Shown: one piece after another, positions 47,567 through 58,867 of the stretch
Position numbering within the stretch: position 1 is the stretch's first letter
How the letters are laid out: each line of letters begins with the position of its first letter
Assembly: GCA_973895155.1 (NCBI GenBank)
Contig: OZ316893.1
Span: forward strand, 6,147,239 to 6,211,238
Source of the DNA: Marsupella aquatica
Taxonomy: Eukaryota; Plantae; Marchantiophyta
DNA length: 64,000 nucleotides
Reading direction: 5' to 3'
Notes under the pieces: model-generated
The model's input: only the letters and a program-made list of their open reading frames with translations
The model's database searches: none
Told to the model about the DNA's origin: nothing
Program-made: the position numbers and the translations under genes

Positions 47567-48714
47567 AAATGGTCAATAGTTTAGGGTCCAGGTCCAAGGC
47601 TTCACTCAAACAATGCCTCGCCCAATGCTTGCCCGACGTTACGCAGCGCAGTGATAAAGTCCCAAGAGCACTTAAACTTTGTGCAACCCTAAAGGTGAGA
47701 GCACTCCGCTCGGAAACTGATATGTGCACACCAAGAAACCACGACATTCAACGTAGCAGATCGATGGTTTTTGGGAAAAAGGGCCCTCGCGCGAATGGTG
47801 AACACTTGTGCTGGAAACAATGTCGCCCCCTAAACCCGGTCATGTTTACCGTTGGATGGGCTTAAACGACACACACAATAGGGTAATTCACTTACCCTAA
47901 AACTCCTAAAAATGTCCTGACCCCCATAAGGCCACAATACCCTAAACCCTAAATGACTCTACACCCCCATCTAAACTTTAACTCAAGGGAAGCCCACCTC
48001 CCACCCATAGGCAGCCCCGGGCCAAATAAGGTCATTTCTGGTGATTTCTTATAGGAGTCCTCCCATATCATACCACAATGACATTATATAAGGTCCTGAT
48101 AATTAAAAAGAGAACCCCTACTTCGGTATGACTTCGGTCTAAAACAACCACTAGTTGCAGTCATTAGATCTCAATTTTTTGTCATTGCCAAAGACGCACC
48201 ATTTTGTTCATGTCACGATCAACTATTACCCCTACTCTAAAATCGGCCTGGCAATAATCACACATCGATTAAAATGTGTTAATAATTTGTGTGAACTCTC
48301 TTATTTAAGGAAAATAGTGAAGTTTATTATAGTATTGAATGATATGGTATACCATATATGTACTATTTTGATTAGCACTTATGGGGCCCCCAAAAATTTG
48401 GGTCCAAGGAATTACACATTCAGATGTGATAATATGTGATATACTATGTCATTTTTTAATTCATGACAACCCCAATGACTGCACAAGGGACCACTTAAAT
48501 GACCAAATGTCCAATAATTTGTCTTATATGACACTTAATATGACCATTTCAATGACACTATTTGTAGTCAAAATTGGTTTTTATGACACAACATTTGAAT
48601 TATATGACATGCAAAATGACGGTGCCAATGACCCTCACTTCAGTCATTGGCATTAATGAATACCCTTAATCCAAAATGACCCAATGAAATTATGCTCCTC
48701 TTGTAGTGCTCCAT

Positions 48715-50378
48715 AATGCCTTCCCTAAACGCAAAAACATGTCTAAACATTTATTATGCTGCAACTAGTGGTGGAATAGAAAGTATTGTATCCCCCACCT
48801 CATGGAACGGTGGTGAGCTCTATGTGGGACCGCGTGGCACTCATTCTTACATTCAGCCCCTAGCCCCAAACTTGTCATTTGTGCTTTTGTTTAATGACTG
48901 CACAAGGGACCACACAAATGACCACAACTGTAGTCATTAGACTTATATGACTGCCCATATGACAGTTGTAATGACCCTACTTGTAGTCACTGGCATTTAT
49001 GACGGTCCATTGGTCACATATGACCCAATGAAGGCCCTAGTACCTCCAAAGAGAGCCCCCAATAGATTCCTTGCAAGGTTGGAATATTCCTCTTCCCTAA
49101 ACCCGCACCCACACCATATAGGGAAGCACGACTCCCCTGCCCATTCCATTCGTGCAGCACCACCTCTTGGAGAACCACAAAACAACTTTTATTTGCCTTT
49201 TGGATGTGATGGTGTGCATGCATGGTAACACTTTTGGCACATCACTCCAAAGTCGTACGACTTGGGAGTGATTTCCCCAAAGGTGCATCATGCCTTAAGT
49301 AAACACAAAAACATGTGTCCAAAGTGTTTATGTCGCAACTAGTGGTTGGACAATGATGAGTATAGTGTCCCGCACCTAGTGGAGGGGTTCTCACCTCTAT
49401 GTGGGGCCCCATGGCACTCTAGGGCCCACCTCCAGCCCCTAGCCCCAAACTGGTCATTTGTGCTTTTGCTTAATGACTGCACAAGGGACCCCTCAAATGA
49501 CCACAACTGTAGTCATTAGACTTATATGACTGCCCATATGACAGTTGTAATGACCCTACTTGTAGTCACTGGCATTTATGACGGTCCATTGGTCACATAT
49601 GACCCAATGAAGGCCCTAGTACCTCCAAAGAGAGCCCGCTTTAGATTCCTTGCAAGGTTGGAATATTTCTCTTCCCTAAACCCGCACCCACACCATACAG
49701 AGAAGCACGACTCCCTTGCCCATTCCATTGGGGCAGCACTACCTCTTGGAGAACCCAAAAATAACTTTTATTTGCCTTTGGATGTGATGGTATGCATCCA
49801 TGGTGACACTTTTGGCAAATCACTCCAAAGTTGTACGACTTGGGAGTGATTTCCCCAAAGGTGCATCATGCCTTGAGTAAACACAAAAACATGTGTCCAA
49901 AGTGTTTATGTCGCAACTAGTGGTTGGACAATGATGAGTATAGTGTCCCGCACCTAGTGGAGGGGTTGTCACCTCTATGTGGGGCCCCATGGCACTCTAG
50001 GGCCCACCTCAAGCCCCTAGCCCCAAAATGGTCATTTGTGCTTTTCCTTAATGACTACATAAGGGACCCCTCAAATGACCACAAATCCAGTCATTAGACT
50101 GATATGACTCTCCATATGACAATTTTAATGACCCTACTTTTAGTCATTGGCATTTATGACGGGCCATTGCTCACATATGACCCAATAAAGGCCCTAGTAC
50201 CTCCAAAGAGAGCCAGCTTTAGATTCCTTGCAAGATTGGAATATTCCTCTTCCCTAAACCTGCACCCACACCATACTGAGAAGCATGACTCCCCTGCCCA
50301 TTCCATTGGGGCAGCACTACCTCTTGGAGAACCAAAAAAAACTTTTATTTGCCTTTGGATGTGATGGTATGCATGCAT
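48715..50378. repeat. ~578-bp tandem array (3 copies, diverged partial copy to ~50570)
   Basis: Anchor GCAACTAGTGG at ~48761, 49336, 49913; GACT(G/A)CA(C/T)AAGGGACC at ~48897, 49475, 50054; duplicated spurious ORFs at 48947, 49526, 50104. Confidence 0.92.
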
Positions 50379-51129
50379 TTATTTGCAAATTAAAATATTC
50401 CCCATCCAAACACCAGCACAAACATGACACAATTACAACAAAGGATTACAACCTTCCATTGGTATTGCCCTACTTCTTGGAGAGACAAAAAGGTTTCATT
50501 TGCCCCATGGATACGATAGTATGCGCGCATCTATATATGATGACACTTCTGGAAAATCACTCCAAAGGTAACAAGAAGCCTTAAATGATGAGTAACAAGC
50601 CCATACTTTAGGAACTCTAGCCAAAAAATCAGAAAAACAACAAAAAAGTCAAAAAAAGTGCAAAAATTAGCACCTATTTTAGAGCAAAAATATGGAGCGA
50701 ACAAAATATGACATAAACTAGCTATGTTTTGACACCTAAAAATGACCAAATTCATCTGAAGTTACATTCCACCAATAAATGATCTCAAATACAACACTAT
50801 TATCTACAATGGTCTCACAATTACACGAGGTGTCTTTTGAAACAACAACTAAATCACCTCCAAAAGCCATTGTCATTTAAAAACCAGAAAATAAATTACT
50901 ACAACTTAACCTGATACACATTATTGTGAAAAGAAGACAAGGAGAATAGAAATGACACCATCTAATTGAATTGAAACACAACCCACTAAGATAATATTAA
51001 ACTACAAATTTCTCAAGAAACTTTAACCATGAATTCATGAATAAGTGGTAAAGGCATTTTAAAAATTTATAAAATTTCAAGTTATCCATGTTTTTCAATG
51101 GTAATGTCACAAACAATAACTACTTTTCA

Positions 51130-54100
51130 TTACTCAGATCCAGAAGTCCTCAATTCTTGAAATGAAATATCCCTAGATTTATCTCCTAGCGGGGTTCTAG
51201 TTGATCCATTCTCTTGTTCTTGCTCTTTCTCTTCTGCCAAAAATTCAGTCAATCGGATTTTGATTCGATCTACTGTCTTTTTGTACAATGTATCAGATTT
51301 TGTCAACATGAAGTTGTAAGCAAAAACAGTCGTTGAAGATAAATCAAGCTCTTGGTGAAACCATATTGGTTTCAAAGTTCCTTTCCCACGACCACTTTTC
51401 TTCTTTTCGTAGTTTAAGACTTCTGGTAAGTACTTGGCTTTCCAAGGATCTGACCCGGTTTTTGTAGCATGCCATAAAACATAAATCATTTTTGGAATGT
51501 TGAACTCGTCGCGCTGGTCAATTCTTTCCACCTTGGCCACCCAAAATGTTTCCGATTCTTCTCCAGCAACAGAAATATAAGTGTTGACTTCAAGATCCGA
51601 AAAGTCTCCTTCCATATTCTCCTTCTCTGCATCTATCTTTCCTTGATTCCGATAAGGACCCACGTATATATCTCTGGTAGGTCCGTATACTCTCTCTTCA
51701 ATTTCCTCTTCATTGACAAGGACTCTGGGAACTTCAGCAACAACAGCAATCTCCCTTTGGGAGCGTGGCCATTGAAAAGGGAAAATCAATGGTCTTTGAT
51801 CAAGGAGCAAAGATTTATTCAATTCCCGTTGCTCTTCAAAAAACATTCTCCACCAGTTCACTTCCTCTTCTGAGAATAAAGTTTCAACTGCAAGTATTCC
51901 CTTTTGAATCTCATTTAACGAATCATCCATCTCTTTCAAAGTCATTCTTGAAGAACTAGACATATTTGGTTGAGTCCTTGTAATGTTCTTATCCCCCTTT
52001 TTGAAAAGGGGTAATCCAGGAGTACAACCCATCACCTTTTCTGGCTCCTCTTCCCTCAAAAATTTCACGCCTCCGTCAGGTTTCCAAGTTGAGTCCGTGG
52101 AAAACTTCTTCCCCCATTGGGTTGGAACTTGATTTTCCAACTTGTCAAATGCAAATTTGTACTGGTGGTGGAAGGTAACATTTCGAATCCTTTCAATGAC
52201 TAAAGGTGGATCTGAGAAGGCATATTGACGGAAATCATATGTTTCCTTTAAAAGAGTGATATTTGGTTGGGGTTGATATGATTCACAAATAATATCACAT
52301 AGGCTTTCGTATGTGAATGCCTTAAACCTTGCTAGTCGTTTAGAAAATCGACTGAACATTTGATCTATTTGGTCGTGTGTGTGTCCAACCAACAAGAATC
52401 CTAGTTTGATTTTCCGAAAAACCTTTCTTCGAATCAACATATGAAGATAGGCAAAGAGTAAATTATTTTTATTTTCTCTACTGGTATTATCAAGTTGAAG
52501 ATAGAGAACAGGCGGCAAGCCACCAGGCTTTTCTTCCCATTCGTGAAACACCCTTTGCAGGATTGTGACTGTCAAGTTTCCATCATTATGCAATACAGGA
52601 TAATTAAGAAACACTCTTGAAAATAGTGCACCATTGAAAACTAGGCATCCGACAACGTGCATTTGGATCAAACATGTTTCGTCCACCGATTTTGGGGGCC
52701 GCGGCCAATGAGGCAACCTTGTCTTCTTCTGATCCATCCCATCAATGACAACTCCCAAATATTTATCAGAATTTGAAAAACATTTCTTACGATGCTTCGC
52801 GAGTTTCTCACGTTCTTTGGATTGTTGGTCTCTATGTTTTTGTAACATAATTTCCCCTCGCCCTGGAAAAACAACTTGTTAGTTTCTTCAAAAAAAATTA
52901 GAAATCATGTGTTAAGCCATATTCTTGAAACAAAAACTTGTCAAACTTGTAAGTAACTTACTCTTTTTGGTCTCCGAGACAGCTTTGTCATGAATTGATT
53001 TGAACTCCTCGCAATCCGCGCAAGCACTGAATCGATTTACTGGAGGAATCTTCACATGACCAAATTCTTGAACCCAAACTTTCAAGAATTGTCGATAGGA
53101 TATTTTTGATGATTCATCAATCTTGGCATAGTTGGAGTCGTAGATCTTCCATACCTCCAGCTTTGAATAATTATCCGGTAAATGTGAAACTTCTTTATTT
53201 GGCAATGTTTCCACGCGTGTCTCAAAAAATGACCTAAGCCAACTGACCAAGACTAATCTTTTAACAGATGGAGGGCGTCCAACTGGTTTAGAATATCCTA
53301 AGTCTTGGTTGTCTAATTTCAAAATTCTATTTAATCTATGATTGCCAACGCAAAATATAAGCTTGAAAGCTTTCCGACAAATACTCTTTTGACCAAACGT
53401 GTAAGATATAGTCTGCCTCCCTCCTTCATTTCCGTCTCGCTTTATAAGCCACTGAAAAGATAAAGATCGATCCTGAGATTTCTGCCTCAAAAATTTAGAA
53501 CGCGCCTCACGAATTTCTTTTGGAGATAGACTTAGGAGACAATGACTCTGACAACAGTACTTACTATTTGTTTTCTTGATATCCTCCTCTTTCAACTTTG
53601 TTTCACACAAAGTGGCGTTGCTCGTACGTTTGTAACGACTAGATGCCACCGGAACATCATCATCCTCCCCACTCTCCGAAGACTCGCTTTCATTCGATGA
53701 TGAAATGGTCACCAACATTTTCTTCTGAACATGCCTAGATTCCAGACCTGCAGCCTCCGGAGATGGAGGCTCTTCCTTCACTCTATGCAGCCTTGGAATA
53801 CCTGGGCGTATTTCAGAAATCCCTCCATTACCGTGTAGGGACCCTTTCAATATTTTCCTAGGGTCCCTCTCCACCAGGTTCGTTTCCCTGTTTGAGTTTC
53901 CGTGACTTGATCCGCTCCCTGCCCCAACACCATGACTCCTAGGTAAAACTGAGGAACGCACATTAGAATTCTTTTCTGGAATACTTTTCAATAACACTGG
54001 TCGTCTAGTTTCTTCCCTCATCCCCCTGTGAAATGTTTCCGACGTTGGCTTACCAAAGGTTTTCCTTTTTGGCATTTGCTTTAGCCGCTGAACACTTTGG

Positions 54101-54528
54101 AGACTGCAAAAATCTCTGTCATTTTCCCCACTTAGTGCCTTCTTCGTCTTTCCAAATCCAGTCTTCATGAATTCATGAGACCGTTTCCCAGACATCCAAA
54201 TAGGCATTGAACCTTCCAGATTACTCCCCAATTTGTCCTTTGTTGGTGACAAAGGAGATACAACTTGACATCCAGGAGGACCAATACTCTCCAAGGAGTC
54301 AGAGGAGCTCCCTGACCTCTCTTTACCACCGACCAATGATTTCTTCCCACTAATTGCAAGTCGTAAAGGACTACGTTTTAACTTGCTCATAGGGGTGGGG
54401 GGTGGCATATCTAAAACAGTAGTTATTCCAGGGATATCTGGGCCAACCACTGTGCAGGGGCCATCCGGCAATGAAACATCATCAGAAACTCCATCTGAAT
54501 AATCATCTAATTCGTAACATGCCGCCAT
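51130..54528 (-). CDS. Intact Sola-like DDE transposase (element S2), 2 exons (54528-52962 and 52862-51130), 1099 aa
   Basis: A GTAAGT...TTTTTCCAG 99-bp intron joins ORFs 52912-54528 and 51130-52848 in frame. Motifs CCQSHC, ICRKAF, FSACADC, VIDGMDQ, LQLDNTSRENKN, LLVGHTHDQIDQMFS, C-terminal FWVAKV..VLWH. Confidence 0.85.
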
Positions 54529-55751
54529 TCGAAAAACTAGTGCAAATTGACAAGAAACTCAGAAAATCAGTAAAATCTAACAAATCTTCTCAAAATAATG
54601 ACCAAGAGTCATGAATAAACGAGCCTATTTATAGTTTTTCACGGATTGTTGTGACTTTTTAACTTCAAAAATATCAAATATTCATGAAATTTGCAAGATT
54701 TTTCACGTTAATATCCCAAAATATTCATGAATAATTAGCCCGAAAACATTGATTTATCATGATTCGGGGTTAATTTTACTAAGTCGCGCCTGATCCGTGA
54801 TTAGTATGTATAACCAAGGAACACGGGGCAGCCCATTCATTTTCACTCAATGTCATTTGGATTTCCTTTGTAAAAGAGTGAAAAACAATCTCGTTGTCCA
54901 ATTTCCCTGGGCCCCCAGCATTATTAATAATGGGTTGGACGTGCGAACGGATGAAGGGTGCAAAAAATCTGATTTGAGATTAATTTTTATAATTGGCTTA
55001 GAAATATCAAGGGATGGTTTTATTCAAAGAACCCTTTCTAACTAATATAGGCTTATATAAATGTTGCCCAAGTTAATATGCTTCAAGAGGTGATGTAATA
55101 TGGATGTGACACGCGTCACAATAGGATTGGTCCTTGTGGCCACCCTTTATTGGAACATGTGTATATGACATATAATTATGCTTGCAATATCTATGATTCA
55201 GAGTAGTTTAGGACTTTGGAGCTTTTGAACCCTGACTACCCTGCCATGTGGTTCAAAAATGCCCCAAAGTTGAAGTTTGGGGTTAAAGGGTCACGAACAC
55301 AAAAATGTATGTACCCAAAACCCTTCCAAAACACTCCCGTCAGTTTTAGAACCGTGTGCAAATGATGAATTTATAACTTTTCAAGGCTTTCATAAATGGT
55401 GTAAAATGTGAAATTATAATATCTCAAAGGGGCAGATTTATTCTCCAAAATTAAGTTTTTAAGAATAACAAGAGAAATTTTTATAGGCTTCCAAAAATAA
55501 TAAGGGGTACTAAGGAGGGGGGTGTACGCACGTATACCTCTTTAGTTTACAAAGGCTGGGGGCCCAGGGTCCAATTTTGTGCCATTTTCAGCACTCATCG
55601 GCGACGTGTCGCGAGTTGTCGCGGTCGCACTTCATTTCGACCCTGTTTTAGGTAGTAATTTAGGCCCTGGGTGATTTCTTCATGTCACCCCCCCTCCGAA
55701 CCCTATTTTAAATAGCCTTCTGCATCACCGAGGTGTACAAGCAAAGAGAGA

Positions 55752-55816
55752 GGAGACTCCCTTCATGAATTCATGAAGGTCGGAGCGAGAGGGAGACTCC
55801 CTTCATGAATTCATGA
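55752..55816. repeat. 40-bp tandem pair containing the palindrome CCTTCATGAATTCATGAAGG
   Basis: Perfect 20-bp palindrome at 55760-55779; second copy core at 55803-55816. Confidence 0.85.
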
Positions 55817-55981
55817 TAGGAGTCCTGGGGTGGTCGAGAGCGTTGTTAGATCCGTAAGGACACGGCTTTAGTAGCCATTTATTGGCACATTCCTTGGTTC
55901 TATGGCACTTTGTCTCGCAGGTTGGGGTTGAAGTGGACTGATTTTGTGGTATGTTCTCAGGTTTGAAGATCAGGCAAAAAC

Positions 55982-56874
55982 ATGACAATGTCGCAAGAAG
56001 AGCTGGTGGATGACATCTTTTCGCGCCATCCTTTGACGGACTTCCACAACTCATCCTAGACAATTTCCTTAGGGACGGAAATATGGAAGAAGCCCTTCCT
56101 AATGCTGTGTGTATTTGAGGGGCTTCCATCAGGGGCATTAGGGTGGGTAAATTACGGCCGCATCGATGTATTTCGACGGGGCGACGAAGTTGTGAACATG
56201 TTGATCACAACGAAGGAAACATCAACTTTGATTGTCGTGGATGTGGAGAGGTTTTCTGGAACGGCTGCCACCTGCTATCTCGATGAGGACATTGATAGCA
56301 TCATTGAGACTGTCAAGTCTCTTTCGAGTGAGGAACGTTACCATGACGTCGCGGGAAAGATTTCCGGTTTTGTGTTCGAATTTCACGCTAGCACTTTAAA
56401 GAGTGCAATCCGAAAATCAAGAGAGATTCTCCGGAAAAGGTCGGCAGAGAAGGGGGTAAGTCGTCCACCCAAATCTGGGGCTTCCGGTGTTCCTTCTGGA
56501 TCCAGGCCTAGCATTTTACCCAATGATATTTTGACCGTGGTAGCGCCTACAACCTCCCGGGAAGCAGCAGCATCTGGAGGGGGATCTCAAGTTGGCAGAT
56601 CATCCCAGGGAACGGCTTTGACTGGTGGGTCGGCACAAGGTACGACTGGAACTCGCATTTCTTCAAAGAAGCGACCTGCTATGACTCCTGAGCCTACCGA
56701 GCCCAGTGCTACAAAGTCAAAAAAGAAGACTTTGGAGAAAATTCCAACGCATTTGGAACAAAAGGCTCAATCAATGTCAATGGATGCACGGGTATTGTAC
56801 CAGGAGGAGATTCTGGGAAGATGTGGTGTTCAAGAGGAGACCGTGACCGTTGACATTGGTCAACTTTACCCTCC
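55982..56874 (+). pseudogene. 5' part of the divergent second gene of element S2, cut by an LTR insertion
   Basis: ATG 55982 is in frame with ORF 56102-56887 (one TAG near 56057). It ends VLYQEEILGRCGVQEETVTVDIGQLYPP, positionally like the QEVLRNIEKYYTFGIRKNFDIPVKSIIPP segment that precedes the ParB-like motif in S1. Confidence 0.5.
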
Positions 56875-58400
56875 TGTCACGTCGTAGGCTTCGGCCTTAA
56901 CTGAGACTTCAGCTTAGACGGGCACATCCCTCGTAAATCTGAGGGTTCGGGCAGGAAGGGAAGCACGTAATGCACCTTATTCTCGTAAACTAGCGCTAAG
57001 TGCGCATACTGCTAAATACGGACACCTCCTAGGTATGGTTTGTGTTCCGCCGCCGGAACGTACCTTAGTCGATAGCAGGATCGACCCCGGCTTAAGGGCT
57101 TCTAAGCCTTCGTGCTGTCCGCCTTCGATCTGGATTCGATGATACAGGTCCTCAACCCGTGCTCGCAACCACTTACCCGCAGGCTGCACCCTGTGCACGT
57201 CTCGGGTAGTGCGTTCGGCCTGGCGCTGCCACCCATATACGAGAAACCCACACACATATGCGCACACATGCATACAATCTCGATTTACACGAAGGAAAAA
57301 TGATGGGAAAGGATTTTACTACAAAGGGAACATATGCGTACACTTAGTTGACACGACAGCCCTGGAATGCACAGGTTCAAAGCCGAGGGTGCACACTACA
57401 ACGGAGCCCGGCTCCGCACTCGCCCGGCGAGCTTAGTCCTACCCCCTCCCCTTGGTACTCTGTCATTCCCAGAGGTCGGGACTCCCCGCATGTCCCGTGG
57501 ATGTCCGACTCTGAAACTAAAAACCCCCCCACCTCTACCGAGGGGTGCACTAAATACCAAGAGCCAAGGGACGGGGTGTCCTCTCGCCGAAGATTCGCTG
57601 ACTAAGGTCCTAACTAAGCTGACAGTCAGGCCGGAAAACGGCTGTGTCTTATTAGAAGATCCTAATCTACGCAGGCTGGACAGCAGGGCAGCGCTGCTAT
57701 ACCTAAGGCAGGTGCCAGTCCCAAGAGCCTGACTAAGCCAATCCTAATCCTAATCTATTCCTACTCCGCCGCTAATGCCTGGCACGCTTGCCAGAGCCGC
57801 CCGAATGGGAACGGCCATCCCGCTGCCTTCGAAGCCTGTCATTGTCCGCCTTGAGGAGCTGGACCTGGTCTACCAGAGATTTGTTCTCTCGCCTCGCCGC
57901 GTCCGTCTTCTCTGCTGCCTCCTGACATGCCTCCTCCAGCTGCTGGGCGTCGCTCGTCAGTTTACCCGCCAGCTGGTCCTGCTTCTCGGCCTCGGTTTGG
58001 AGCCGCGCCATCTTGGCCTGCTATCTCCGTCGCGTCTCGCTGGGCTCGCTCCTCGGCCTCCTCCAGGTCTTTCTGCCAGGTGACAGCTTGTTTCTTCAAA
58101 CTGTCAATCTGGTTCCGGAGTTGTGTAATCTCGGCCTCGTTCCCAGCTTTGGCCTGTTCGGCTAGGGCGGTAATAGCGTACGCCTTTGCTAACAACTCAT
58201 CGGCGGCTGCAACCTTGGGTCGTAGTTGCAGAAGCTCAGCCTCTTGAGCCGCCACTTCGTTCTTTAGGTACACGGACTCCACCCGGTACCGCTCTATCCT
58301 CTGAAGGGCCTCCGACTGGGCCCGACCTGCCTTTACGGCGGCAACCAACTCCTGATTGAAGAAACAGGCTACCTTCCGGGCCATGAACTCCCCGGTATCC
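56875..58400 (-). mobile_element. 3' portion of a gypsy LTR in reverse orientation (3' or solo LTR), interrupted at 58400
   Basis: Near-identical reverse complement of 60874-62411; homology stops exactly at the LTR-terminal TGACA; no PBS outside it; carries the C-terminus of the LTR ORF with an 8-bp frameshifting deletion near 58020. Confidence 0.85.
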
Positions 58401-58759
58401 TGTGACGCCGCCGGTACGGCGGTTAAATGAGTGATTCAGTCTAACTGCGCTCGGCACGTGCGTTAGGTGGGTCTTAGGCCGCTATTATTAGCATAACGAC
58501 AGTATTTAGGTAATCATTAGGGGTAGGACATCATTAGGCAATAAGGGGGACTTCAGGTTCGGGCTGGCGGCGGGTCGCTATTCGCACACCCGGGTTATGA
58601 GCATGGAGGGGCCCCTCCCTCGGGTCCGTATAACGAACTTAAGGAAGCGGCCACTGACGCACGCTGACTCAGACCGGCGGAGTGGCCGGTACACCACAAG
58701 CGTGAGCGGTTCAACCTATGGGCGTCGAGGAGACGTAGGGGATCGACAAGCCCTCAAAG

Positions 58760-58766
58760 TATAAAA
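58760..58766 (+). promoter_or_regulatory. TATA box in the LTR upstream of the 880-aa ORF
   Basis: TATAAAA(GGGG) ~108 bp before the ATG, followed by a pyrimidine-rich leader. Confidence 0.6.
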
Positions 58767-58867
58767 GGGGAGCCAACCCTTTGTAGTGCACCAGTCCATC
58801 AGTCCGCGCGCCAGCTTCGACCCCAGCTCTCTCGTTCTCTCTAGGTCGCCACTACTATCTCCTCTGA

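Larger units (their letters stand above)
29294..48708 (-). mobile_element. CACTA (En/Spm) DNA transposon, ~19.4 kb including the nested copia
   Basis: Left terminus CACTAGTAGAAAA at 29294; candidate right terminus CTCTTGTAGTG at 48708; dense ATGAC/GTCAT subterminal motifs at both ends; TnpD and TnpA-like genes inside. Flanks ATC/CTC do not match perfectly, so the right end is uncertain. Confidence 0.75.

Noticed and set aside
46930-47568. 165-aa and 102-aa ORFs
   Set aside because: They arise from low-complexity repeats and the 132-bp duplication; no domain signal.
48947-50378. Three similar ORFs (MTAHMTVVMTLL...)
   Set aside because: By-products of the 578-bp repeat and its ATGAC motifs; frames diverge between copies.
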